A DNA stretch of 52,018 nucleotides, from assembly GCA_047638675.1 (NCBI GenBank), contig JBLIML010000006.1:1-52018 (forward strand), in the 5' to 3' direction. The stretch comes from Planctomycetota bacterium. GTDB lineage: Bacteria > Pseudomonadota > Gammaproteobacteria > Eutrophobiales > Eutrophobiaceae. The notes beneath the pieces were generated by a model. It was not told where the DNA came from. It was given only the letters and a program-made list of their open reading frames with translations, and did not search any database. Position 1 is the stretch's first letter. Each line of letters starts with the position of its first letter. The position numbers and the translations under genes are program-made. Below, piece after piece: positions 1-9,504 of this stretch.

Positions 1-2
1 AA

Positions 3-707
3 GCCCATGGCTTCAGCTATGTCCTTTAAACGCGGACTTATCACAACAAGTCGCGTATTTAAAAACAAAAATCTCTCTTCTTCCGCCGTCATCTCCAGAA
101 GGTTCTTCAGGCCCTCGGCACTGGTCGCTAACACCGCATCGGGCTTATCCACTCGCCATAAATTTTTGATCTGCACAGCTTCAATTTGTGGTTTCGCCCG
201 AAGATACAATTCTACGTATTGAATGTGGGCACCGCGAGCTATTAATTTATCGCCGAGCAATTCCCTGCCTCCCTGGCCACGAACAATCATTATTCTTTTA
301 TTTCGAACATTCTCTTGCTGTAGCTCATCAATGCCCAGCAAGGCTTCACTTCCGGTATTACCATCGGTATAACCTACCTCGTCAAAACCAAGGCCTAGCA
401 ATTCTTTATATGTACCACTGCCAATGGCAAGTATCGTTTTTTCTCTCGCTTGACCGACGATATCCGCCATTAAATAACCGGCATATTTCACCGCATTTTT
501 ACTGACGAATATCAGAACATCAAACTCAATGAGCGTTCTGAGCAATTGTTCCGCGGATTCTGATTTGATCAAGGGGCGGATTTCTATAGACGGCAAATGC
601 AAGACCTGGCCACCCTGTCTCTTTATGCTCTCCCGTAACTGTTCCGAAATACCGCCAGGTCGAGTAGCAAGTATTGTTCGCGACTGTAGAACACTACGGT
701 ACATCAT
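3..707 (-). CDS. hemD: Uroporphyrinogen-III synthase (partial, 3' end beyond window start)
   Basis: Absent from the ORF track because its stop lies outside the window. Manual translation from ATG at 707: MMYRSVLQSRTILATRPGG...LHLPSIEIRP...LIFVSKNAV...IVRGQGGRELL...ATSAEGL...VVISPRL. Overlaps the hemC stop. Confidence 0.9.
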   Translation of the reverse strand, partial: MMYRSVLQSRTILATRPGGISEQLRESIKRQGGQVLHLPSIEIRPLIKSESAEQLLRTLIEFDVLIFVSKNAVKYAGYLMADIVGQAREKTILAIGSGTYKELLGLGFDEVGYTDGNTGSEALLGIDELQQENVRNKRIMIVRGQGGRELLGDKLIARGAHIQYVELYLRAKPQIEAVQIKNLWRVDKPDAVLATSAEGLKNLLEMTAEEERFLFLNTRLVVISPRLKDIAEAMG

Positions 708-1632
708 TACCCTGGACTTCTCGTAAAATGGTACCGGCACCCATAGCCAATAACTGTGTACCTAGTTTATCGCCCACCGAATCCGCATCACCCACCAAAC
801 CACTGCAGGACGATTGAAGAATCTCACTACCATCAAGCCTGCCCACCAGACCATTAAGCGTCAATTGCGAATCCTTTATTTCGGCGTGGCCCGCGATAGG
901 CACATGACAATCGCCGCCCAAACGACGATTAAGCGCGCGTTCGGCAGTTACACACCATTGTGTTGTTTCGTCAGCCAATGGCTCAATCAAGGCCAGGATC
1001 GCTGTGTTGTTTGTGTTTATTTCCAGGCCCAACGCGCCTTGACTAATTGCAGGTATAAGATTTTGTATTGAAAAATACTCGCTTACTCTGGATTCAAGTC
1101 CAAGACGTTTAAGGCCAGCGGCTGCCAGAATTAGCGCATCAAACTGACCCTCATCGAGCTTTCGCAAACGAGTACCGACATTGCCGCGTATATCCTGGAT
1201 GCGAAGATCCGGCCGTCTGGCCATTAGTTGGCATCTACGGCGTAAACTGGACGTGCCTACTCGCGCACCTAAGGGCAAATCAGCAAAGCACGCATAGCGA
1301 TTGGACACAAAAACATCTCGAGGATCTTCCCTTTTCAGGACAACTGGCACGCTCAGATCCACTGGCAAATTAATGGTGACATCCTTCATGGAATGTACCG
1401 CAATATCTGCCCGCCCTGTTAATAAAGCCTGCTCTAGTTCCTTAACAAAGGCACCTTTTCCGCCCAGACTCTCAAGGCTTATGTCCAGCAAACGGTCGGC
1501 CTCGGTAGTAATACCCAGTACTTCTACCTGTATTTGCGGGTGCAAATCAACTAGCGCATCGCGCACAAAATTTGCCTGCCAAAGCGCCAGAGGACTTTCT
1601 CGCGTTACTATACGAATAGAAGAAGATGTCAT
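694..1632 (-). CDS. hemC: Porphobilinogen deaminase (hydroxymethylbilane synthase)
   Basis: Motifs TRESPLALWQA, KGAFVKELE, AVHSMKD, GTSSLRR, RGNVGTRL, GGDCHVP. Likely start at MTSSSIRI (1632). Confidence 0.97.
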   Translation of the reverse strand: MTSSSIRIVTRESPLALWQANFVRDALVDLHPQIQVEVLGITTEADRLLDISLESLGGKGAFVKELEQALLTGRADIAVHSMKDVTINLPVDLSVPVVLKREDPRDVFVSNRYACFADLPLGARVGTSSLRRRCQLMARRPDLRIQDIRGNVGTRLRKLDEGQFDALILAAAGLKRLGLESRVSEYFSIQNLIPAISQGALGLEINTNNTAILALIEPLADETTQWCVTAERALNRRLGGDCHVPIAGHAEIKDSQLTLNGLVGRLDGSEILQSSCSGLVGDADSVGDKLGTQLLAMGAGTILREVQGNDVP

Positions 1633-1747
1633 GTGTTTTTGCTGGTTTTTCGAAGTTTTAGCGATTTTTGTAAGCAGAATTATCTGGCATACATTAACAG
1701 CCATCACTATGATTCAACAACTTTAATCATCAACGATAAAACACCCT

Positions 1748-2698
1748 ATGAAACTAGGTGTCATAATGGATCCCATCAACGGGATTAATGTAAAGAAAGA
1801 CAGTACGCTAGCTATGTTATTGGCCGCGCAGAAACGCCATTGGGATATTCATTACATGGAGATGGGCGATTTGTATGTCGAAGCCGACAAGGCTATGGCG
1901 CGAAGTCGACTAATTAGCGTTGCTGACGACAACAAGAATTGGTATCAATTTCAAAACGAACACAACAGCCCTCTTACTGATCTTGATGTCATCTTGATGC
2001 GCAAAGATCCACCCTTTGACATGGAGTACATATATGCCACTTACATTCTGGAGCTGGCAAGCAAAGAAGGAACTCTGGTGGTAAACAGGCCCGGGAGTCT
2101 TCGTGATGCCAACGAAAAAATGTTTATTATGCATTTTCCACAATGTATTGCGCCGACACTAGTCACCCGAGAGGCAAACCGTATTAGGCAGTTTGCAAAG
2201 CAACATGGCGAAATTATCCTGAAACCCCTCGACGGTATGGGTGGCAGTTCCATATTTCGTATCAAACATGGCGATCCGAATACCAGTGTAGCGATAGAAA
2301 CACTCACCCGTCTCGGCACGAGCTACATTATGATTCAGAAATTTATCGAGCAGATTAGTGAGGGAGACAAACGCATTCTGTTGATCAACGGAGAACCCAT
2401 TGATTATGCCCTTGCCCGTGTGCCACTGGCGGGTGAATCACGTGGAAATCTCGCTGCCGGCGGCACGGGCAAAGGAATTGAACTCAGCGAGCGGGATCGC
2501 TGGATATGCGAGCAAGTGGGACCTTCTTTACGTGAACGGGGACTAATGTTTGTTGGGCTTGATGTCATTGGCGATTACCTGACCGAAATAAACGTTACCA
2601 GCCCTACCTGTATACGCGAACTCGAGAAGATTTATAACATCGATATTGCCGGTAAGTTAATGGACTGTATTGAAGTGAGCGTACACAGTCAAAAATAA
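1748..2698 (+). CDS. gshB: Glutathione synthetase
   Basis: Motifs MDPI..I..KKDST, MRKDPPFD, KPLDGMGG, RGNLAAGG, EINVTSPTC. Confidence 0.97.
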   Translation: MKLGVIMDPINGINVKKDSTLAMLLAAQKRHWDIHYMEMGDLYVEADKAMARSRLISVADDNKNWYQFQNEHNSPLTDLDVILMRKDPPFDMEYIYATYILELASKEGTLVVNRPGSLRDANEKMFIMHFPQCIAPTLVTREANRIRQFAKQHGEIILKPLDGMGGSSIFRIKHGDPNTSVAIETLTRLGTSYIMIQKFIEQISEGDKRILLINGEPIDYALARVPLAGESRGNLAAGGTGKGIELSERDRWICEQVGPSLRERGLMFVGLDVIGDYLTEINVTSPTCIRELEKIYNIDIAGKLMDCIEVSVHSQK

Positions 2699-2765
2699 AA
2701 ATACCCATTAAAACAGGCTTCAATTATTTTATAATCCGTGTGTATGACTTGCAGAGTAAAGCATT

Positions 2766-3728
2766 TTGAGTGAAGAAGTAAAACGCCCGATCATCACACC
2801 GACTGACCGATTGGGGTTAACGGTTTGCCTCGCCATCATCAGTCACGCCGTCATTGTGTTAGGCGTCACCTTTGCGAACGAAGATTCGCGCCAACCACGT
2901 TATAACACAATGGATATAGTGCTTGTGCAACAACGCAGCAAGCTCAGTGATGACGCGAAATTACTTGCCCAGGCGAATCTCGAAGGCGGAGGTGACACCG
3001 AGGAAGAAGTTTCCCCTTCGACACCGCTGCCACCCCCTTTCCCGGATAACCAGCCCGATGTAGCGGCGCCACCACCGGCGAATCCATCCCGGGCCCAGGC
3101 AGACACGGAATCGGAAGCGGCGTCCGAATCACAGGCAACGCCGGTAAGCGCACGAGAACAACTTGCCGTTGACACGGCAAGCGCAGAGATTAGTAGTCAC
3201 GCACCAGTAAAACAGCCAGAACAAGAAGTGCCTGAACCGGAAATCGCAAAACAAACTGTAAAAAAGACAAAAAAATCCCAACCTCAGCCAAGCGCTACGT
3301 CCTTATTGGCTAACAGCATGAAAATCGCCGCTCTTAGTGCGAGACTCGACCGACACCTCTTAGCCAAAGCGAAGCGGCCAAAACGGAAGTTTATCTCAGC
3401 CAGCACCCGCGAATACAAATACGCCGCTTATATGGAAGCATGGCGATCCAAAGTGGAACGGGTAGGCAATCTGAATTATCCGGATGAGGCCAGAAAACGA
3501 AAGCTCTCCGGCAGTCTTGTACTCGATGTGGCCCTGAACCCTGATGGCACTATTAATATAATCACCGTAAGACAACCGTCGGGCCACAAAGTCCTGGACG
3601 ACGCGGCCATACGCATCGTTAAACTTGCCGCTCCTTTTTCACCTTTTCCTGATGCCATTCATGGTGAAACCGATATCCTGCATATCATCCGCACCTGGCA
3701 ATTTCTGAAGAAAGGTGGTTTCAGATAA
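2766..3728 (+). CDS. TonB-family energy transducer (TonB3-like)
   Basis: N-terminal TM with SHAV His, Pro/Glu-rich linker, C-terminal TonB_C (NLNYPDEAR...SGHKVLDDAA...APFSPFP). TTG start. Sits in the usual gshB-tonB-yqgE context. Confidence 0.85.
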   Translation: MSEEVKRPIITPTDRLGLTVCLAIISHAVIVLGVTFANEDSRQPRYNTMDIVLVQQRSKLSDDAKLLAQANLEGGGDTEEEVSPSTPLPPPFPDNQPDVAAPPPANPSRAQADTESEAASESQATPVSAREQLAVDTASAEISSHAPVKQPEQEVPEPEIAKQTVKKTKKSQPQPSATSLLANSMKIAALSARLDRHLLAKAKRPKRKFISASTREYKYAAYMEAWRSKVERVGNLNYPDEARKRKLSGSLVLDVALNPDGTINIITVRQPSGHKVLDDAAIRIVKLAAPFSPFPDAIHGETDILHIIRTWQFLKKGGFR

Positions 3729-3827
3729 TTTTGTAATCGATTTTAATAAACTCACTTATGACAAATAATCAGCTTTGCAGCATTCAAACCCATAGTGTTT
3801 TGGGAAGTAGATGGATATTATCAAGTC

Positions 3828-4388
3828 ATGCGATCGTCTAACCTGACAAACCAATTCTTGATCGCCATGCCTGGCCTGGTGGATCCCAATTTCTATCATA
3901 CTGTGACCTATATATGCGTACACAACGATGAAGGTGCCATGGGTATAGTCATCAATCGACCGCTAGACATGGCTCTTGGAGAGGTGCTTGAGCAAATGGA
4001 TATGAAGCCCAGCGATAAAAAAGTCGAGCTCTTGCCGGTTTATCATGGTGGCCCTGTGCAAAGGGATCGAGGTTTCGTTTTGCATGAGCCGCTATCGCAA
4101 TGGCAATCTTCCGTTAATATTGACAACTCTGTCGGTGTTACAACATCCCGAGACATCCTTGAAGCCATTGCATCAGGTGGTGGCCCCAAAGAATCCCTGG
4201 TGGCCCTGGGCTATGCAGGCTGGTCTGCCGGTCAACTTGAACAGGAAATCATGGACAATGCCTGGTTGAGCGGGCCAGCGGAATCTGAGGTTATTTTTAA
4301 AACGCCCTGTGAAAAACGCTGGGAAACAGCCGCCGCGCTACTTGGTGTCGATATTAATTTTCTCTCGCCTGATATCGGCCACGCGTGA
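3828..4388 (+). CDS. yqgE: YqgE/AlgH family protein
   Basis: Motifs FLIAMP..DPNF..TV.YIC.H...GAMG..INRP, GGPV..DRGFVLH, LGYAGW..GQLE.E. ATG at 3828. Confidence 0.93.
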   Translation: MRSSNLTNQFLIAMPGLVDPNFYHTVTYICVHNDEGAMGIVINRPLDMALGEVLEQMDMKPSDKKVELLPVYHGGPVQRDRGFVLHEPLSQWQSSVNIDNSVGVTTSRDILEAIASGGGPKESLVALGYAGWSAGQLEQEIMDNAWLSGPAESEVIFKTPCEKRWETAAALLGVDINFLSPDIGHA

Positions 4389-4813
4389 GCAGTAAAGTCT
4401 ATCTCTGTTTCGATCATGGTGAAAAACGGATTGGAGTCGCCGTCGGACAATCCGTAAGCGCCACGGCATCTCCACTGGAAACGATAAGCGCTAAACACGG
4501 TAAACCCGACTGGAAGGCCATCAGCAGGATAATAAAGCAATGGGATCCACATGAATTCGTTGTTGGCAAACCGCTTACCATGCAGGGTGATCGCCAGGAC
4601 GCGACGGATGCAGCAGAGCGTTTTGCCCGACAATTACAAGGCCGCTATTTACTTCCCCTGCATTTTGCCGATGAACGTTTATCCACCCATGAAGCTAAAC
4701 ATCGTCTGAAAGACTCTTACAAGCTTGATCATCATGCCGCTCAAATAATCCTCGAGTCCTGGCTGTCGGATAAGCCTGTACGGGAAAGTGATGTTACAAT
4801 GCAAGACTCTTAG
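4385..4813 (+). CDS. yqgF: Holliday junction resolvase-like / pre-16S rRNA nuclease YqgF (RuvX)
   Basis: Motifs FDHGEKRIGVAVG, VVGKP, DERLST, D..AA..IL. GTGA overlap with yqgE. Confidence 0.93.
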   Translation: MSSKVYLCFDHGEKRIGVAVGQSVSATASPLETISAKHGKPDWKAISRIIKQWDPHEFVVGKPLTMQGDRQDATDAAERFARQLQGRYLLPLHFADERLSTHEAKHRLKDSYKLDHHAAQIILESWLSDKPVRESDVTMQDS

Positions 4814-4828
4814 GTTTCTTGTGCGCAA

Positions 4829-5329
4829 ATGAGTACGAACAAACATAATATTGAGCAAATAATAGCCGACATGCAAAATCGGCTAAGCACCTATCTGAGC
4901 GAGTCGGATATTGCAGAACCTTTGCTAATCGGGATCCAGACAGGAGGTTTATGGGTAGCTGATCGTCTCAGGCAAGCGCTCAATATCACATCTCCTCTCG
5001 GCGAACTGAATATCGCCTTTTACCGCGATGACTTCAGCCGTATTGGCATCCACCCTCATGTAAGCCCCTCCAGCTTGCCGTTTGACATTGAGGACAGACA
5101 CATCATTCTTATAGACGACGTCCTTTACACAGGACGTACCATCCGAGCCGCCATGAATGAAATCTTTGATTATGGCCGACCAGCAAGTATCTCACTTGCC
5201 GTTCTAATCGATCGAAGCGGGCGTGAGTTACCAATACAGGCCAACGTCGTTGGAAAAAGGGTGGAGCTCAAGAGCCACGAACATGTTAAACTCCTTGGCC
5301 CAGAACCACTGGCTCTGGAATTTAAGTAA
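4829..5329 (+). CDS. pyrR: PyrR bifunctional regulator/uracil phosphoribosyltransferase
   Basis: Motifs [35 protein letters not shown]. Confidence 0.95.
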   Translation: MSTNKHNIEQIIADMQNRLSTYLSESDIAEPLLIGIQTGGLWVADRLRQALNITSPLGELNIAFYRDDFSRIGIHPHVSPSSLPFDIEDRHIILIDDVLYTGRTIRAAMNEIFDYGRPASISLAVLIDRSGRELPIQANVVGKRVELKSHEHVKLLGPEPLALEFK

Positions 5330-5334
5330 CTCGA

Positions 5335-6315
5335 ATGACCTTAAACAATATTCAACTCGACGATAACGGACGCCTTAAGCATTTTCTTACCACTGAAGGT
5401 TTAAGTAGAGATCTTCTACTTGATATTCTTGATCACGCAGAGTCATTCGCCGGTGTTGGCAATCGCCCGGTTAAAAAAGTACCTTTGCTGCGTGGCAAAA
5501 CCATCGTCAATCTTTTCTTTGAACCTAGCACTCGCACAAGGACAACTTTCGAGCTAGCGGCGAAGCGTTTATCGGCAGATGTTCTTAACATCAATATCGC
5601 CCACTCTTCGGCAAGCAAGGGCGAATCACTGCAGGATACCTTGCGAACACTTGAAGCGATGCATTGTGATATGTTTGTGGTACGTCATAACAGCAGCGGA
5701 GCAGCTCATTTTATTGCTAAACAAGTATCGCCGCGTATCCGCATTATTAACGCAGGCGACGGTAATCATGCGCATCCAACTCAGGCGATGCTTGATATGT
5801 TCACAATTCGTCGCCACAAAGCAGATTTCTCCACACTAAAAGTAGCCATAATCGGCGATATATTGCATTCCCGGGTAGCACGCTCCGAAATACACGCGCT
5901 GACGACTTTGGGCGTAAATGAAGTTCGGGTTATCGCTCCACTTACCTTGTTACCAGCTCAAGTGGAAACCCTTGGTGTGCATGTCTTCCATGACATGGCA
6001 AAAGGCCTGGAAGATGTCGATGTTATTATTATGCTCCGCTTGCAACGTGAACGTATGCGCAGTGCCTTGTTGCCCAGTGAACAAGAGTATTTCTACAGTT
6101 ATGGATTGACTGAGGAGAAACTTAAATTCGCAAAAGACGATGCCATCGTCATGCATCCGGGCCCTATTAATCGCGGTGTAGAGATCGACACTCAAGTAGC
6201 CGACGGCGAACACTCCGTAATTTTGCAACAGGTAAGCCATGGCATCGCGATACGTATGGCCGTTATGGCCATGTGCATGGGCTCACTTTCCGAGCAGAGC
6301 GAAAAGGAGTCCTGA
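5335..6315 (+). CDS. pyrB: Aspartate carbamoyltransferase catalytic subunit
   Basis: Motifs [31 protein letters not shown]. Confidence 0.97.
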   Translation: MTLNNIQLDDNGRLKHFLTTEGLSRDLLLDILDHAESFAGVGNRPVKKVPLLRGKTIVNLFFEPSTRTRTTFELAAKRLSADVLNINIAHSSASKGESLQDTLRTLEAMHCDMFVVRHNSSGAAHFIAKQVSPRIRIINAGDGNHAHPTQAMLDMFTIRRHKADFSTLKVAIIGDILHSRVARSEIHALTTLGVNEVRVIAPLTLLPAQVETLGVHVFHDMAKGLEDVDVIIMLRLQRERMRSALLPSEQEYFYSYGLTEEKLKFAKDDAIVMHPGPINRGVEIDTQVADGEHSVILQQVSHGIAIRMAVMAMCMGSLSEQSEKES

Positions 6316-7598
6316 TGCGAATACGGATTAGCAAGGGCAGAATTATCGACCCGGCGAATGCTATGGACGAAATTGGTGAGATCTGTATTTCGGAAGGCAA
6401 AATAATTTCAGTATCAAAAAAGACCACGGCGGACTTTACAGCAGATTTGGAAATAGATGCCAGCGAGAAGGTGATTTGCCCTGGCCTCATTGATTTGTGT
6501 GCACGCTTGCGAGAACCGGGGCAGGAGCACAAAGCCACTATTAAAAGTGAGTCTCATGCGGCCATTAGTTCCGGGATCACCAGTATCTGTTGTCCTCCAG
6601 ATACACAACCCGTTGTTGATACCGCCGCCGTTGCTGAGCTCATCCAGCAACGCGCAGAGTCAGTGGGTCTGCTACGACTCCTTCCTCTGGGTGCGCTCAC
6701 CCATGGGCTGAAAGGCGAACATCTGGCCGAATTGTTGGCTTTGAAACGCGCCGGCTGTGTCGGTGTTAGCAATGCCTACGCGGACATAACCAATACCGAT
6801 GTGCTCCGACATGCGCTCGAATATGCGTACAGTTGTAACATGACTGTGTTTATACAAGCAGAAGATCATTACCTGAAAGGCGATGGCATCGCCCATGAAG
6901 GCGCCATAAGCACTCGCCTCGGCTTATCCCCTATTCCGGAAACAGCAGAAACTGTAGCCCTTAGTCAGGCCCTTTTACTCATCGAGCAAATCGGCGGCCG
7001 CGCCCACTTTGGCCGCCTGAGTTGCGCCCGTAGTATTGCGCTGATAAAAGAAGCGAAAAAGGCCGGTTTACCCGTTAGTGCAGACGTTGGCATCTGTCAT
7101 TTGCACCTGACGGAGATGGATGTGGATGCTTACAATGTAGACTGTCATCTACGGCCTCCGCTACGTAGCCAGCGCGACAAAGAAGCTTTGTGCCAGGGTA
7201 TCGTTAGCGGCGACATTGACGCCATCTGTTCTGACCACCAACCCCACGACAATGACGCTAAAGCTGCACCTTTCGCTGAAACAGCAGCCGGCGCATCCAC
7301 CATAGAACTTTTACTTCCTTTGGTTCTTGACCTGGTTGATAAAAAAATAATCTCGCTGGCGAATGCCATTGCCAGTGTCACCTGCAAACCGGCCGCTATT
7401 CTCGGCCTGGATAGCGGCACACTCAGTCCTGGCAGGCCAGCAGACATCGCCATTATTGATTTACAGCAGCACTTTACCGTTGAGCGGGGCACTCTAAAGA
7501 GTGCCGGTAAAAACACACCTTTTCACGGATGGGAACTGCAAGGTCTTGTGACTCATGCTCTCCTCGGTGGTCGACTGGTCTATCAGGGTAAAAAATAG
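6315..7598 (+). CDS. pyrC': Dihydroorotase-like protein, probably the inactive PyrC' structural subunit of ATCase
   Basis: Amidohydrolase motifs PGLID..REPG, PPLR, SDHQPH, NTPF. The metal-binding HxH is replaced by CAR (DLCARL). Start ATG at 6315 is coupled to the pyrB stop. Confidence 0.85.
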   Translation: MRIRISKGRIIDPANAMDEIGEICISEGKIISVSKKTTADFTADLEIDASEKVICPGLIDLCARLREPGQEHKATIKSESHAAISSGITSICCPPDTQPVVDTAAVAELIQQRAESVGLLRLLPLGALTHGLKGEHLAELLALKRAGCVGVSNAYADITNTDVLRHALEYAYSCNMTVFIQAEDHYLKGDGIAHEGAISTRLGLSPIPETAETVALSQALLLIEQIGGRAHFGRLSCARSIALIKEAKKAGLPVSADVGICHLHLTEMDVDAYNVDCHLRPPLRSQRDKEALCQGIVSGDIDAICSDHQPHDNDAKAAPFAETAAGASTIELLLPLVLDLVDKKIISLANAIASVTCKPAAILGLDSGTLSPGRPADIAIIDLQQHFTVERGTLKSAGKNTPFHGWELQGLVTHALLGGRLVYQGKK

Positions 7599-7603
7599 AG
7601 CCT

Positions 7604-8482
7604 ATGGAGCACCCTCTTACACGAGACACTATTAATCTGGAAGACGCCACCATCCTTGAACATCAGGCCTTTGCTGGCGACCAGTATTTACTGCGGTTGA
7701 AGGCACCTGAGATAGCGCTGTCGGCCCAGGCTGGTAGCTTTGTTCATTTACGATGTGATAAAGATTTGGCTATGCGTCGACCAATGTCGATCATGCGCGC
7801 GCACAAAAAGCAAGGCTGGATAGATATTCTATACAAGGCGCACGGCAAGGGGACAAACCTGCTCAGCAAACAAACGACAGGTGAAACGCTTTCTCTCATT
7901 GGCCCTATCGGTGTGCCGTTCAAACAGAGTAATTATAAGAAGCGACCTCTATTGATCGGAGGTGGGGTTGGAATACCACCGATGGTTTTTCTTTCTGAAC
8001 ATATCAACAAGACTAGTAAAAATGTTTCACCCTTTGTCATTATGGGTTCTGAAGTACCCTTTCCATTTAAAACCCAGCCTTCGCAAATCATGGTTTCAGG
8101 CATGCCTGACGGGATTATTGCGGCCATGCCTCTGCTCGAAGACTGGCGCATCGCCAGTCGACTTTGCTCTCTTCAGGGATATCCGGGCTGCTTTGACGGG
8201 TATGTCACTGACCTCGCTAGAGTCTGGCTGGATAGTATGGATAGTGAAGAGCATAAGAATATTGAAATATTCAGTTGTGGTCCGACGCCTATGCTAGCGG
8301 CAGTCGCTTTAATGGCAAAAGAGTATGGCCTGGCTTGCCAGGTATCGCTTGAGGAGTATATGGCCTGTGGAGTAGGCGGCTGTGCGGCTTGCGCCGTCCG
8401 GGTTGAAACCCCTGTCGGTCCTGCCATGAAACGCGTCTGTGTCGATGGGCCAGTGTTTGAAGCCTCCACAGTCTTTTCTTAA
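7604..8482 (+). CDS. pyrK: Dihydroorotate dehydrogenase electron-transfer subunit (family 1B)
   Basis: RRPMS (FAD), GGGVGIPP, CGPTPM, and 2Fe-2S motif MACGVGGCAAC...VCVDGPVF. Confidence 0.88.
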   Translation: MEHPLTRDTINLEDATILEHQAFAGDQYLLRLKAPEIALSAQAGSFVHLRCDKDLAMRRPMSIMRAHKKQGWIDILYKAHGKGTNLLSKQTTGETLSLIGPIGVPFKQSNYKKRPLLIGGGVGIPPMVFLSEHINKTSKNVSPFVIMGSEVPFPFKTQPSQIMVSGMPDGIIAAMPLLEDWRIASRLCSLQGYPGCFDGYVTDLARVWLDSMDSEEHKNIEIFSCGPTPMLAAVALMAKEYGLACQVSLEEYMACGVGGCAACAVRVETPVGPAMKRVCVDGPVFEASTVFS

Positions 8483-8496
8483 GCCCAAAAAGCCGC

Positions 8497-9261
8497 GTGC
8501 AGTACCAATCCCGACTTGTTGATAGCGGTCAAAAGGAAGTCCACTCGCAACTCCTCAAAGTGTTGGCTATTCATTTGCAAAGCGAATACAAAAAACCCAT
8601 TTCAATTCACAGTCAGACAATATTTGCTGCTGTTGAAAAGTTACGCAAACAACTGAATAAGCCCGTCATACTCGATTCAGGATGTGGAACCGGCAGCGCC
8701 ACTCGTGAGCTGGCACAACTATACGACGAGGCACTGGTTATTGGCGTCGACAAATCCTCTCATCGACTTGCCCGGGGAGGCGTGCATAAAGATGTTGAGC
8801 GCGAAGGTAACTGTCTTCTTGTCAGGATGGATCTCGTTGATTTCTGGCGCCTCGCCCTTCAGCACGGCTGGCGCCTGAAAAAGCACTATCTTTTGTACCC
8901 AAACCCCTGGCCGAAAGCAAAACATTTGCGGCGACGGTGGCACGCGCATCCTGTTTTTCCCCAATTGCTGAGTCTGGGCGGAATATTGGAACTTAGATGC
9001 AACTGGCGAATTTACGCTACGGAATTTCATGCCGCGATGAATTTCATAACACCTGGCGTCTGTAAGTTGACACAATACGATACGCAGACCGGGCTAAGCC
9101 TGTTCGAGCAAAAATACCTGGCAAGTGGTCACAGACTTTATCAATGCTGCTGCATATTGGACAATTTGGATACAAGTAACCAGAATATTGGTGAATTACA
9201 ACCAGCTATCTCCAGCCCCTTCCCTGGGAAAATCTTTTCCCAAAATGTTAAAGACTTATAA
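8497..9261 (+). CDS. SAM-dependent methyltransferase, TrmB-like
   Basis: LDSGCGTG SAM motif, VIGVDKS, YPNPWPK..H..RR, GG.LE.R.NW..YA.EF, S.FEQKY. Confidence 0.75.
   Translation: MQYQSRLVDSGQKEVHSQLLKVLAIHLQSEYKKPISIHSQTIFAAVEKLRKQLNKPVILDSGCGTGSATRELAQLYDEALVIGVDKSSHRLARGGVHKDVEREGNCLLVRMDLVDFWRLALQHGWRLKKHYLLYPNPWPKAKHLRRRWHAHPVFPQLLSLGGILELRCNWRIYATEFHAAMNFITPGVCKLTQYDTQTGLSLFEQKYLASGHRLYQCCCILDNLDTSNQNIGELQPAISSPFPGKIFSQNVKDL
9225..9242. promoter_or_regulatory. Perfect palindrome, candidate upstream activator site for a sigma-54 enhancer-binding protein
   Basis: TGGGAAAA-TC-TTTTCCCA, about 70 bp upstream of the -24 element. Confidence 0.55.
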
Positions 9262-9271
9262 ATATTTGATT
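9259..9271 (-). promoter_or_regulatory. IHF binding site (candidate)
   Basis: TAAATATTTGATT is the reverse complement of AATCAAATATTTA, matching WATCAANNNNTTR. Lies in an AT-rich tract between the palindrome and the -24/-12 promoter. Confidence 0.6.
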
Positions 9272-9310
9272 TATATATATAAATATACAATTATTTGAAA
9301 CATTTCAAGT

Positions 9311-9327
9311 CTGGCATATTAGCTGCA
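9311..9327 (+). promoter_or_regulatory. Sigma-54 (-24/-12) promoter for pqqA
   Basis: CTGGCATATTAGCTGCA: GG(9313-14)-N10-GC(9325-26), close to YTGGCACGNNNNTTGCW. Confidence 0.72.
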
Positions 9328-9384
9328 GTTATTAATATGCTTTGAAGATAAAACCTTAATTATAGCTGAACTGGAGAAACGACA

Positions 9385-9459
9385 ATGAAATGGGAAACAC
9401 CTACATACGACGATATTCGTTTTGGTTTTGAAGTAACTATGTACATCAACAATAAGTAA
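9385..9459 (+). CDS. pqqA: PQQ precursor peptide PqqA (24 aa)
   Basis: MKWETPTYDDIRFGFEVTMYINNK*, with the W..P.Y.D.R.GFE.T.Y signature and the ExxxY pair that forms PQQ. SD GGAGA at 9373-9377. Too short for the ORF track. Confidence 0.96.
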   Translation: MKWETPTYDDIRFGFEVTMYINNK

Positions 9460-9482
9460 TCCTCCCCCCAGGATAGTAGTTG

Positions 9483-9504
9483 AAGGGCCGCAAGGCCCTT
9501 TTTT
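9483..9504 (+). terminator. Intrinsic terminator after pqqA
   Basis: AAGGGCC-GCAA-GGCCCTT followed by TTTT; GNRA loop. Confidence 0.85.

Noticed and set aside
7-726. Plus-strand ORFs 7-222, 188-505, 529-726 and the many other short antisense or overlapping ORFs in the track
   Set aside because: They are shadows of real genes on the opposite strand or in another frame (here hemD), with no recognisable motifs.
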